64,000 nucleotides of DNA from the NCBI GenBank assembly GCA_021613535.1, contig CP075495.1:6262001-6326000 (forward strand), read 5' to 3'. This stretch comes from Adineta vaga (taxonomy: Eukaryota; Animalia; Rotifera). Of this stretch, positions 15,074-28,617 are shown piece by piece. Below the pieces are notes generated by a model. The model was not told where the DNA came from. It saw only the letters and a program-made list of their open reading frames with translations, and searched no databases. The position numbers were made by a program, and so were the translations under genes. The stretch's first letter is position 1. Each line of letters opens with the position of its first letter.

Positions 15074-17469
15074 ATGACAGACAATATCGAAGACCTTGTT
15101 ATTCATTTGTCTTCAAGTACCTTAACGGATGATAATTTTGATGCAATAATAAACTTCCTTCAAAATGTTGATATCAAGTCTCTCGTGGAATTCATTTCGA
15201 ATAATTTCAATGCATTACTTATACTCGAAAACTGGGCATGGAAAATACTTAGTGAAGATTCTTCTCAATGGATTAACCAATCAAAATATATTGAATTATT
15301 GAATACTCTAGCTTTATTCAATAAGAATTTTATATTTAATTCAAATGAAATGGATTCCGAGAAAAAAGTGTTTTTACTTCTTCCTCAATCAAAAGATATT
15401 ATCACATGTATATTTGAACAACTGGAAAAATGCAATGATGATGATGATGATCCATATTTTGTTATAATTAGTCTTTGGTTAAATAATTTCTCATATTTTA
15501 TGTATGAAGATGTTCAATACCTGATGTCATCGATAGTTATCGATTTGGAATATTCTATTTGTTATAAATATATTATGACAGAACAATATAAAATCTATTT
15601 AACTGAATTACAACAATTCAATTTCAGTTCTAAACAATTATTTTATTTACAAACATGTTCATTTTCAGTAAGTTCCTATCTTTTCTGCAAAAATCAAAAG
15701 ATGCCTTTTACTGGTGAAGAAATTCTTCGTTATTTTTCGAAAGAATATCTCGACTTAATTCAACAATATAGTTTTACTGTTCAATCATGGAGTCCAAAAT
15801 TACTTTCTTGTATTACACAAATAATTAATTTCATTCGTGCATGTTGTTGGTGGAGTGGTGATGATAAAGAAAAATGTATTAAAATAATTCTACCAACAAA
15901 AGATATATCACATACGCATATTCAATCATTAATTCGTATACTTAATTATAAACCATTTCATCAAGAAATACAAGTACAACGATCGAATGATGAAACTATT
16001 CTAATTGATTCTATTATAAATTTCTTAATGGCTATATCCGAAACTTATGATATAGTTTGTTTTATGCGTACAGAAACGAAATTAATTGAAATTCTTTTAC
16101 CATTAGCTGAAACATCCAAATATAATCGAATTAGTCTATGTGCATATGAAATATTAGGTGAACTTTTATCGGATGAACATATAAAGGAATTAAAAATAAC
16201 AAGTAATCTATGTGAATATTTTTTCTATATGCTTGAAAATGCTTGGAATCATCCAGCACAAAATTTTCAACGAACATCCGTTGCACAATTACTTCGAGGT
16301 AAGACTAAATTTATTTGAATTTTATTTTTTGATATTCGACATTGTTTTCTCGAGGATTTTTGAATTTGGCAAAAAATGATTCTATACAACAGAAAACAGC
16401 GGATACAAATCGAGTAACACTTTTGATCGAAATGTGTGATCAATATTCTATCGTATTTGATATTCTATGGGCATTATCATTCAATCATGATATTCAACAT
16501 CAATTACGTTCAGATCGAAAATTAATGTTGAAATTAACACATTTAAAACAAGAATTGAACAATGCTCAAATGCGTAAAATAACTCATGGAATTTTATGGA
16601 ATTTAGAAACGATGCATGAAGATCATGCAATAGCAGAAAATGATGATAAAATTATGTTCGATATTATGATAAGTTATTCACATAAAGATAAACATTTATG
16701 TAAACAAATCTATGATGAATTAATTAAAAGTGGTTATCGTGTATGGATTGATTTTGATCAATTACATGGCAATGTCATGGATGCTATGGCACAAGCTATT
16801 GAAAGATCGAATAAAATTGTAATCTGTATGAGTGAACAATATCGACGAAGTAATTATTGTCGAGCAGAAGCACATTATGCATTTCAACGACAGTTACCAA
16901 TTATTCCAATTCTTCTAGAAAAGCATTATAAACCAGATGGATGGCTTTTATTTCTCATTGGACAATTGTTATACGTTGATTTTACTAAATATGAATTTTC
17001 ACAAGCAATAAAAATGTTATTCAAAGAATTGGAAGCTCCTGTTCTACAAGATCATAATGTTATAGTTGTTGAATCAGTAGATACAACAAATATTGTTATG
17101 GAGAATACATCAATGCCAATATCACTGACTGTATCAGATAATATTCTTGACTGGACTGAAACTGATGTTCAAAATTGGTTAGTTGAACATAATCTTGTAC
17201 AAATGTCTCGTCTGCTATCTGATTATAATGGTTCAAATTTAAAGTATTTGAATAGATATTTATCAACCATTGAGCCTCAACAGATTTTGAAACTACTTCA
17301 AGATGATTCACTTCAACGAACGAATCGAAATTTATCATTAATTGAATTAGCTCGTTTTCAAAATCTTCTCGATCAACAACTTTCGAAATTAGAAACTTCT
17401 GAAAACAAACCGAAGCAAAACAATCATCGATCTAAATCATGTCGTCGTCGAGATTGTAATATCTTGTGA
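15074..17469 (+). CDS. TIR-domain protein, copy 2 (tandem paralog), C-terminal CaaX (CNIL); intron 16299-16354
   Basis: Colinear with copy 1, same intron position and phase, same TIR and SAM-like motifs. Confidence 0.85.
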
Positions 17470-17631
17470 ATATAATTTTCATTTTCTGAAGAAGAAACAT
17501 TTTATACTACGGAGACTGATTGCGTATTCTCATGTGCTTTCCTATTTGATTGAAAAACAAAGAAATTGTAAGAAGATCTAAAGTATTTCTAAATATTTTT
17601 TTTATTATATAAAGAGAATAAAAGAAGAAAT

Positions 17632-18987
17632 TCACAATTGTTGTGTAGAATTTCCATTCCATGTACGTTTGTCTTCATCATCACTATCATCTTGGGTATT
17701 ATGGAATCGACGAATTGTTGATTTACTCGTTGAATCTGTCTTGAAATTTTCTGGTTTCGTTACTTTTCGTTCATTTGTATTTGATGGTCTTGGTGATGGT
17801 CTTGTTTGTTCCGATTGTTGAGTACGATTACCAAATAATTTTGCAAAAATAAATTGATAAATTAAATTAAATTGCATCATAAACCATGCAAAAAGTAATG
17901 GAATTGATTGAAAAATATTAGTTGAATTAACAGTTGATGAAGGACTATTGACATTTCCACGACTCAGAACAAGTAAAACAGCTGTTGGAACAAGTTCTAA
18001 GTCTTTCAATGTATTTGGATCATCTATTGTTAATGTAACGCGTGTATGCGTTGTTCGCAGTGTATAGGAACCATTTTTATATTGATCAGTGGGTAATGTT
18101 TCATTTAAATATGCATAAACATCTTTCATATGAGCATCAAGTGGAAAATCTTCGGTGAAAAATGATCCATCAGTTAAACGAAATTGTAAACGTGAACGTG
18201 TATAGTTAACTTTTGGTATTTGAATATCAGCAGTTGTGATTTTGTTTTTTGGTTGTTCCGATGGAGATGCCTGTTCTCCTTCATATTTTCGACGTTTTTC
18301 TTCACGATCTTGTTGGATTTGTGCTTTAAGTTTTTCTTGTAATTTCTGTTGTTCAAGACGATCACGTCGAATTTCTTCAGCTTGTTTACGTAAAAGTTCT
18401 TCATCTTTCTTTTGTTTTTCTAATTGCATTTGTTGTCCAAGACGACGACGATTGATTTCATCATCTTTCTCTTTGTCTTTTGCTTCTTCTTCACGTTTAT
18501 CATGAAGTTCTTTAAGACGTGCACGTGCTTCAGCAACCTATAATATCATCAAATCTATTTATGCAAAAGTCTTTATAAAAACAAGTACTTTTTCTTCAAC
18601 TGTTTTTGTTCCTTGTACTACTGTTTCTTGTTTTGGTTCACTTATATTCAAAGCATCTTCTATAATATTTTGTAATTTACTGGAATCTTCTACAGTTTGA
18701 TCGACTACTTTGAATACTTGACCATTTTGACCATTGATAAAATAGATCGTTGGATATGTTTCTACTTTATATATTGCTGTAAACTGATTACAACTTTCTG
18801 TCCCTTTGTCTAAACGTAAGACAACCATTTTGGATGTATTATTTATTTGTGTCCATACATCTGACCAGACTTTATTCAAAGTTTGCGATTGTTCGGAATC
18901 ATCACGAACATAAACAACAAAAAGAGCTTGACGTGATTTTGCTTCACGGACAGCATCAACAACAGCACCTGAATACCACGGTTCCAT
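17632..18987 (-). CDS. UBXN4: UBX domain-containing protein 4 (erasin); intron 18538-18588
   Basis: N-terminal thioredoxin-like/UAS region, coiled coil, UBX domain (SRLQFRLTDGS..DLELVPTAVL), hydrophobic hairpin, diagnostic C-terminus TWNGNSTQQL. Confidence 0.9.
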
Positions 18988-20329
18988 TTAATCTAAAAAA
19001 TAAAATAACAGCGGCAGTTATAGAATAAGATGACGTGTCAACTGTTAAAACGATTCACTTCTCATCACTTGAATTTTCATAGAAAGACAAGAAGGAAGGT
19101 GTCAGCAAATTGTAACGCTAGTTTACTCAAGTTAAGGCACCAATAGGAATATAACTTGATCAAATAATTAAATGATGATAGATTAAAATACATATACTAT
19201 ATAAATAACTTTTCAAGTGATATTACAAAACATGTAAATCATTAACAGCGACTATTTCGCAGTTGATCCTAATGAATGACGAAAGAGTCGCTACAATCAA
19301 CGTGTACAGATTAAAGTCACAGCAATGTTTTGGTCGAAAACGAAACATGTAGTTTCTTCTTTTGATTGCGAATGTGAACTGTATGTTAAATATCTTGATG
19401 AATCGGCGAAAACACAATCACTTTGTGACGCTTTTCAAGTCTAAAGCAGAGGAAAAAGCTGATTCTATCCGAAAATATATTCAGCGGAATGTATTTTAAT
19501 TCGAAACGTCTGAAAAGATTCTTCGAATGAATGACATGTATTGACAATAATATTATCAACGGAACAATTTATTCTGCATTACAACATGCTCTGTTTAATC
19601 ATTACGGGTTTATCCAATATAGCATACATGTCATACTCTGTTTGAACACAGTATGTTCACATTTTTTATTAATACTTATCATAGTCTTTTCATATTATTA
19701 TATAACAACAACAACCTTTTTTAGTCTTTTGTTAAGTTTTATTCCGTCGGAATAAGACAATCTTTCAATTTACATCACTAAAAAAGACCCTTTTTGGAAT
19801 GTCATTTGACATGATTTGTATAGCATTATTGTATTTAACTATATTGACTAGATCAAGATAAGTATAGTTTGTTCAAATTTTCGCTTTCAAAAACGCTTAA
19901 AAACAATTCATTTCTTTTGCAACTATGAAAAGAAAAGTCATATTGCATGCTAGAATAACAACAACGCACATCGTATGTATGTTCTACAAATTTTTGTATT
20001 TACCTTTTTTATGCATCTCTGAGAAACTTCTTTCTATTTTCACTTCCCCTAAAGTAGTAAATATGTAAATAATCAAATTAAAGAAAAAGAGGATTTCGGA
20101 TTTTATGCTTTCTTATGATCATAACACAATGTCATTATGAAGAGTACGAGATAAAAACAGGAGAAAAACAAATGCGTCAATACTTCTTTGTCAATAAACG
20201 TGTTTGTTTTTTCGATTGCTAATACGTTCGACTGATGTTATACAAATATTTTGTCGTGAATAAGATAAGTATCGGGAAAAAAAAAGTTGCAACATACACT
20301 TTTTAGCATACACGTGAATAAAAAGTTAT

Positions 20330-22030
20330 ATGAGTGGCTTGACGAAAAGCGATAGTGCACCTTCACAATCTATTTCTGATCGTGCAAATGACTATAGGCA
20401 ACAACGAGTAATTTTAATTTATAGTTTTTTCATCAAACTTGTTCATCTATATAGGAGACGCTTGTGCCTACCGAGGATAGTTGGCGAAAACTTCTCCAAG
20501 AAGGTGGAATCAAAGCGGTATTACAGAAAAAGAAAGAACTTGATGATCAATGGAGAAAACAACCGGTATTAATCGCAGTCATCGGTCAAACTGGGAGTGG
20601 AAAATCAACGCTCATCCGTCGTCTGCTTGGATATCAACCCGATGATTTAGATGGGCCAACTATTGGTGAAAGTATTGGAGAATGTACAAAAGAAGCTAAA
20701 GAATATTTGAAAGCAGATACTGGTCTCGTTTATATTGATTTACCTGGTGTTGGAAGTACAACTGCTGCATTTGCTTTCAACACATCGACAGATCAAGACG
20801 CATATTTCAAACGTTTTAAGCTAGAAAAAATTGATTATTTTCTTCTTTTGTCTCAGAACAAATTCAATGAACAAGAGAAGTTATTAGCTGAATATATAAA
20901 AAAAAAGCTCAATAAAAAATTTAGTTTTATACAAACTAAAATGGATCAATTACGAGGTGAATTTGGCAATAAAAAAATTGAAAGACATCAAGGCTTTCAA
21001 GCCGTTAAAGACATGATTCGTGAAGATATAAAAAAACAACTTGATCTTGACAGTGCAGAAAGAATCTTTCTCATATCCAATGATGTTATCGAAGTCGAAA
21101 GAAATGGACAACAACGATAGATATACGATTCAAAAGTAGACTATGAATTTGATCTCTTGATAAAACAAATTCAAGATGACATGCGAGCTGAAGGTGCATC
21201 ATCTCAGAGGTAAGGAATTTATCGGTATGTCATATTACATGTTACGAATAATGTAAGAACATACATTTTTTCCAAGTCTTAATTTGAGATAAAGAAAGTG
21301 TATTGCTTGTTGGAATTCAGAAGTATCGTAACTATTCTTTAATTGATAAAAGAAGAGAGAACTCTGATTATGTTTTCGAATATATAATCAGTAAGTTCAT
21401 TCCAGTTCTATCTTTTCCTAGGGTATGATAGAAGAGAAATCGCTCTCTATATGCCACTTGCAGACGTTTGTTTTTGTAGACAATCGTTCGATTTGATAAA
21501 TTTTTCGTGCTAGTGACGAATCTGGGAAACCAAATTTAATTAGTGATGTGGCAAACGCATTTATATTATCTACTGATACTATCTGTGAAAGTGTTGTACG
21601 GGGAAAAGCTGAAGTTCTTCGAAATCAAAGGTGGAGTTGGGCATCGCTTTCGGGAATCATTGGTCTAATACCAATACCAGGTGTATCGTTAACGTGTGAT
21701 GCAGCTATTATTGTCGAAAATGCTGTTAAATACTTCAAGATATTTAATCTCAATCCAAGGGATTATCTTGGTGATGGATCAAATATTGCTAAATTTCAGC
21801 AATTAATAAAGATAATGTGCACAAGTTTAGCACCGCGTGCCATAGCGAGTATAGCCGTAGTAGTTGGAGCTAGTGCAACTGAAGAAGGTCTCAAAATGAT
21901 ACCTGTTATTGGCACTGCTATTGGGATGGTTTTAGGTTCAGGAGTATCTTTTACAACAACATGTGTCATACTGGGGCATTTAATCGACTTTTGTGAGATG
22001 GAAGCACTCAAAAATATAAAGTCCACCTAA
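20330..22030 (+). pseudogene. Immunity-related GTPase (IRG/IIGP p47-like) with in-frame TAG at 21118-21120; introns 20408-20454 and 21210-21513
   Basis: IAVIGQTGSGKST (G1), DLPG (G3), TKMD (G4), IFLISN..DYEFD, C-terminal IPIPGVSLTCD and IPVIG. The frame continues past the stop into a valid splice donor. Confidence 0.7.
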
Positions 22031-22753
22031 ACTATTTTATGAGTTACTGATGCCGATTTCTAACATTATTTTTTTATTCAAAATATTTGCTGGTGAAATT
22101 ATTTAAGTTTCTTTGTTTACTCTTTACTAATAAATACTAATACCATGAAAGATCGAATAGTTTGATAAAACGATAGATAATTGAAAAACACAAAATAGTC
22201 AGATCTAAAAAAGCATAAGTATCAAAGCTTCTCGAAGAATAATCTTTTCAAAATAAACATTGTCATTAACAGTATTTTATTTGTGCTTCTGATCCTAATA
22301 TCAACTGAGTTATATCTATCGTTGTATTCCATTTTTTTTAAACGATCGATTTAGTACTAAATTCCAATTTGACTCATCTATTTAATAAATAATGGTAACT
22401 ACATTTATCGGTAAGAATTTTTTTTATTATAAAATTGAATTCTAGTATAGAAAGTGGAATGATTAATAATGCGCTTATTTGCACAAATGAGTCAAATTAA
22501 TAAACAAACATATTTGTAATATACAAAAAGAACGAAGTGAAAAAAAGCTCTACATATCATTCTACTAAAAAACATTTGCTAATATATCAGTACAAAAAAA
22601 ACGAAGACAAAAAGATGAGCAATAAGTAAGTAGCAACTATATAAAATTCATATTATATAAAGTAGAGATTCACGTAATTTGATGGAATGCATTAAGATGA
22701 TCAAAATTGAATACTATATACACGCATATTGATGAGTAAGAAGAACGTGTAGA

Positions 22754-23493
22754 TTAAATATTAAACTTCCATTGCCAAAATAGAAGACTAATACCAAATA
22801 AAATGATCATATCTGAAAATTGTTGATTGGTACTTCTGTTACATCCATCTTTATTATCACATTGACAATACCACATTTTGGTTTTCCATGTGCCTAACGA
22901 ACGAACAAATCAATGATAGATAAAAAAAATAGTAAGTAGAATGTCAAATTGTCCTTTCTCTCATGTTTGGATATTTATAGTGAAACATTTTATCTCATTA
23001 CATACTTTTGTTTCACATTACTTCGTAAGATTCTTCATTACTCATAGTGAAAACTGATTTCAAATACACTTACCAACGCGTTCAATACAATCACGACCTT
23101 GCTTTCGACTAACACGACCACGTAAGGCACATCCACGCATATAATATCTTGTTCCATCTCCAACTTGACAATGAAAAAAAAAGCATCATCGACATAGATA
23201 TGGAATTCCACTAGCATTCTTTCTTTTTTATCTTACTTTCCCACATATACTTTCGACACATTGTTGCATTACCCATACCAACTTGTGAGCAATCTTTTAA
23301 AAACATTGTATCATTTTGAAATGGATCGCGACATTTTCGATCAGGTTCTTTACAAACATAACATTTGATTGACACAACTAAACAACTCAATTTGATTATA
23401 AAAGCAAACTGACTAACTCAGATTATTTTTCTCACCTGAGAGCGCATAAAAAGCAAGAATAACGAATGAACAATAAAATATTAGATATTTCAT
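22754..23493 (-). CDS. Ly6/three-finger (quiver/sleepless-like) protein with signal peptide and GPI-type tail; ~4 exons; not in ORF track
   Basis: Manual splicing gives MKYLIFYCSFVILAFYALS/VVSIKCYVCKEPDRKCRDPF..CRK../..YMRGCALRG..DCIERV/GTWKTKMWYCQCDNKDGCN plus a hydrophobic C-terminus. The exon 2/3 junction is uncertain. Confidence 0.78.
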
Positions 23494-23908
23494 TTTTTTT
23501 CCTTCGCCGTGATAGATAAACTCTCTTCTTTCTAGGAAAAAAAATTCACCTAAATAAATACCAATAAACAACAGAGAATTCTTTTATCCAATTGAAATCT
23601 TTCGAATGACCTCTATCTAAAGTAAATGTTCGTCGTCGAAGAACAGAATAGAATAAAAAAAAAAGGAACACAATCTTGACTCACAGCATGTTTCAAAAAG
23701 AGAAATTTATCATTTATGAACTTTTTTTCTTTCAAAAAATCTTTCTTTTAAAATAGAACTTCATTTTTTTAGTGTTTGTGTTTTGGCTCACTAACATCAA
23801 TCAATTCATTCAACCGTTCAATATTCAATTAACACTCACCATCTTTAAACGATCTTTATCAACTCAGATTGAGATAAGACAACAGAAAAATAATAAAAAA
23901 GAGTCGCT

Positions 23909-24654
23909 ATGTATCGTCATCTTTTTCATCATTTTACACTATTGGCTAAGAAAACAACATCTATCTCTTTCCAACATGTTGCATATTTAACAACAAACCA
24001 CTATTCATTTCCAGCAATAGCAAAGCCAGCACCTCATTTTAAAGGTCAAGCGGTAGTCAATGGACATTTTAAAGACATTCAATTATCAGACTATAAAGGA
24101 AAATATGTTGTGCTATTCTTCTATCCATTAGACTTTACATTTGTTTGTCCAACGGAACTTATCGCTTTCAATGAACGTTTAGAAGAATTTCGTCAATTAA
24201 ATACACAAGTAATTGGTTGTAGTACTGATTCCATACATAGTCATCTTGGTAATTTCAAAGTGATAAAAAGAATGAATAAAAATTATGTCTTCCTTTTATA
24301 GCTTGGATTAATACATCAAGAAAACAAGGTGGTCTTGGTGAACTTAAATACCCATTATTAAGTGATTTTTCCAAAGATATTGCAAAAAACTACGGTGTTT
24401 TGATTGACGATAATGGTGGGATTGCTTTACGTGGCTTATTTATTATCGATAAAAATCATATATTACGACAAATAACAATCAATGATTTGCCAGTCGGTCG
24501 ATCAGTCGACGAAACTCTTCGTCTCGTAAAAGCTTTTCAATATGTTGAAGAACATGGTGAAGTATGCCCCGCAGATTGGAATGAAAAATCCAATCCCAAT
24601 ACGATAAAACCTGATCCAGTAAAATCTCAAGAATACTTTCAAAAACAAGATTAG
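23909..24654 (+). CDS. PRDX3: Typical 2-Cys peroxiredoxin with mitochondrial-type presequence; intron 24249-24301
   Basis: [38 protein letters not shown] and YF motifs; basic, acid-free N-terminal extension. Confidence 0.88.
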
Positions 24655-24799
24655 TTTGAGAAATAAAAGAAGAATCTTTTGTTACATCTATTTTTCTTTT
24701 TGGTTAAAATATGTTTAGTATTTTGTTTTCCAGATATCTATTTTATATTTATATATTCGTTTGCATATTATCATTAAAAATCAAAACTAAATCAATAAT

Positions 24800-25856
<1,057 letters not shown>

Positions 25857-26479
25857 TTCATCACTCATATTCAACGAACAGTGTTTCTTTTTTCGTGATG
25901 TTTTCTTTTTTTGTTCGAACTATATTCGTATCAAAAATTGAGACAATAGAAACACATCGATGACTTTTTTCGTCCATAAAAACAGATTTTTCTTTTAATG
26001 ACATGTGCTTGTAACTTCTTTTTTTTCAAATGCATATGTTCTAGTTTCAATTAGTACTTATCACCCACCAATATTCGTTTGCGTGTTTATGTACATATAT
26101 ATATTTAATCATCTTGTTAAAGTGCAACTGTATGATGAATTTGGCATTATTTTCTTTCTTCTTCTAAATGCCTAGATTGGTGCTCTCCTTTGTTCGTTGC
26201 TATTAGAAAAAATATTGCGATTATTCTTGTTATTGTTGTTGTTCTTCTAATCCTTTTCTTTTTTCGTCTTGTCTTCTCCTGTTTTTAGTGATCACAAACA
26301 AAACAAAAAAAAACAAAATAATAATAATAATAATACAATAAATTATCAATCAACAGAAACGAAAAGATGTCAGATTTTATCTATTTCATACATCTAAAAG
26401 TGAACAAATGTCAGACATTTACAGAAAAGTTTCTTTTTCTCATTCAAATAATCAAAATAAAAAGATTACTGTTGCCAGT

Positions 26480-28143
26480 ATGCCATACGAATCGCATGCT
26501 ATTTCTTTTGAACTTAATCCACATCTGCTTGAAGCATCTTATTCAATTTACATTTATCTGTAAGAATTATTATTTTATATCACCCATATATAAAGAAATT
26601 AGTTCATCTTTCATCAGGATTCTTTATCTTTACGATTGTTTCTCTCTTGAGAAAAGATTTTTCATATAGTAATAAAAATATAAAATAATTAGAAGATGTA
26701 ATATAGAACTGATCCCTTGTTTATAACTAATATCTAAGAAATCGATAGTGCAGAGAAGGAAAAACAAATAATAAAAAGCTTACGACACTCGGTATTCCCA
26801 GGCGGTCACCCATCCAAGTACTAACCGAGCCCGACGTTGCTTAACTTCAGTGATCGGACGAGAACTGGTGTATTCAACGTGGTATGGCCGTAAGCGAATA
26901 TTATCACTTCTAACTGTTCTTATAAACTTAACTTTAAAAAAATTATATATGACATTGACTTACTAATTTTAGGTATGATGCATCGTCTTATCTGGAACTA
27001 AAATATCAGTATGCTGCCGAAATACCACGAGATCTCATTGAATTGCATAAAGGAAAAAATATGTGGGTCGAAATAACTAGTCGAGATCTTGATCTAATTC
27101 GTGATGTTTTAATTTATTTTGATGCTCATTCATTTGCTATTGATGATATTCCAATAGAAGATCAACGGATGAAAATATCAATATTAAATGAAGATATTTA
27201 TCTTTTACTTGATTTGATCTATTTAAATAATACAAATCATATTATTGAACAACAAAAAATGACTTTTTATTTAATAGAAAATACTTTGATTACTATAGAA
27301 CAATATGGTACACATGATCTATTTTCAGTAATTAAACGTCGTTTAGCTAAAAAGACAACCCAATCAAAAGGTCTTCTGAAAAAAATGAAAATAGATTATT
27401 TATTCTATTGTTTACTTAATGTTCTTATCGAAAATTATGTTATTGTCTTAGATTCTATTTTACACGAAACGGAACTGATTGATAAACATTTGATGTTTTC
27501 AACTAAACCAAAAGCTGATATTATGACTGTTGATATATTAAAATTAATGTTTCATATCAAGCATGATTTACTCCATTTTAAAATTGTTTGTGCACCATTG
27601 AAAGATATTATGATCAAACTTCAGAAAACTCGAGAAACAGTTGTTCCGAAACGACAACGACCAGCATTACGTCAATGTCGACGACGATTAAAACGACGTT
27701 TACGATTAGTTATCGGTCACAATCACAATTGTGCATACATGGCACCACCAACATCTCCAATCAGTACTAACAATGATGACGATGAATATGCAGTTGATGA
27801 TGGTCTCTTAGTCTTCAATGATTATATTTATAAATATTTCAAACGTCTACTTGATCATACAGTTGAATTAAATGATATGATCGATTCATCTGCAGATACT
27901 ATAACATCATTGATTGATTTCTATATGATTCTAAATGGAGAACTGAGTAATGATACAATTCAAACTTTAACTGTAATGTCATGTATTTTTATGCCTTTAA
28001 ATTTTCTATCCAGTCTTAGTTCGATGAACTTTGATCATATGCCACAAATACCAATGCGTTTTGGATATTATGGACAGTTGGGATTTATGGTAGTTATTGC
28101 GTTTGTAATGACTATGTATTTTAAAATCAAAAAGTTAATTTAA
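26480..28143 (+). CDS. CorA-family (bacterial-type) divalent cation transporter; exon 1 26480-26559, intron 26560-26972, exon 2 26973-28143
   Basis: MWVEI..DQRMK..DYLFYCLLNVLIENY..LLDH..NDTIQTLTVMSCIFMPLNFLSSLSSMNFDHMPQIPMRFGY with two C-terminal TM helices. The phase-2 GTAAG..TTTTAG intron joins the two exons in frame. Confidence 0.85.
26777..26895 (-). rRNA. 5S rRNA gene, copy 1 (intronic, antisense to CorA)
   Basis: 119-nt GCTTACGGCCATACC..GATC..AGTTAAGC..AGTACTTGGATGGGTGACCGCCTGGGAATACC..GTAAGCT followed by a T-run Pol III terminator. Confidence 0.98.
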
Positions 28144-28312
28144 CCTTTAATTAAATAGAATTTCTCGGTTGTTTTGTACCTAAGAAGATAATTTATAGAA
28201 TATTGAAAAGAATCGATCATAACATGTGATACTGTAACACTTTCTTTTATTTGAAATGATATTTTAAAACTATAGAACATCTATAATTATAAGAAGAAGA
28301 AAAATAATAAAA

Positions 28313-28431
28313 AGCTTACGACACTCGGTATTCCCAGGCGGTCACCCATCCAAGTACTAACCGAGCCCGACGTTGCTTAACTTCAGTGATCGGACGAGAA
28401 CTGGTGTATTCAACGTGGTATGGCCGTAAGC
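28313..28431 (-). rRNA. 5S rRNA gene, copy 2
   Basis: Identical to copy 1, with T-run terminator. Confidence 0.98.
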
Positions 28432-28508
28432 GAATATTATCAATTCTAACTCTTCTTTTAAACTTAACTTTAAAAAAATAATATATGACATTGACTTGCT
28501 AATTTTAG

Positions 28509-28617
28509 GTATCATGCATGGTCTTATCTGGAACTGAAATACCACGAGATCTCATTGAATTGCATAAAGGAAAAAATATGTGGGTCGAAATAACTAGTCG
28601 AGATCTCGATCTAATTC
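28509..28617 (+). pseudogene. Truncated duplicate of the 5' part of CorA exon 2, with a 19-bp deletion
   Basis: Matches 26973-27100; the preceding intron end and acceptor (28432-28508) are also duplicated; similarity ends abruptly at 28617. Confidence 0.9.

Noticed and set aside
19247-19292. Hairpin AGCGACT..AGTCGCT containing CTAATGA..GAAA (hammerhead-like)
   Set aside because: The core deviates from CTGATGA and stems I and II cannot form convincingly.
28357-28545. 62-aa minus-strand ORF
   Set aside because: It runs through the 5S rRNA gene; spurious.
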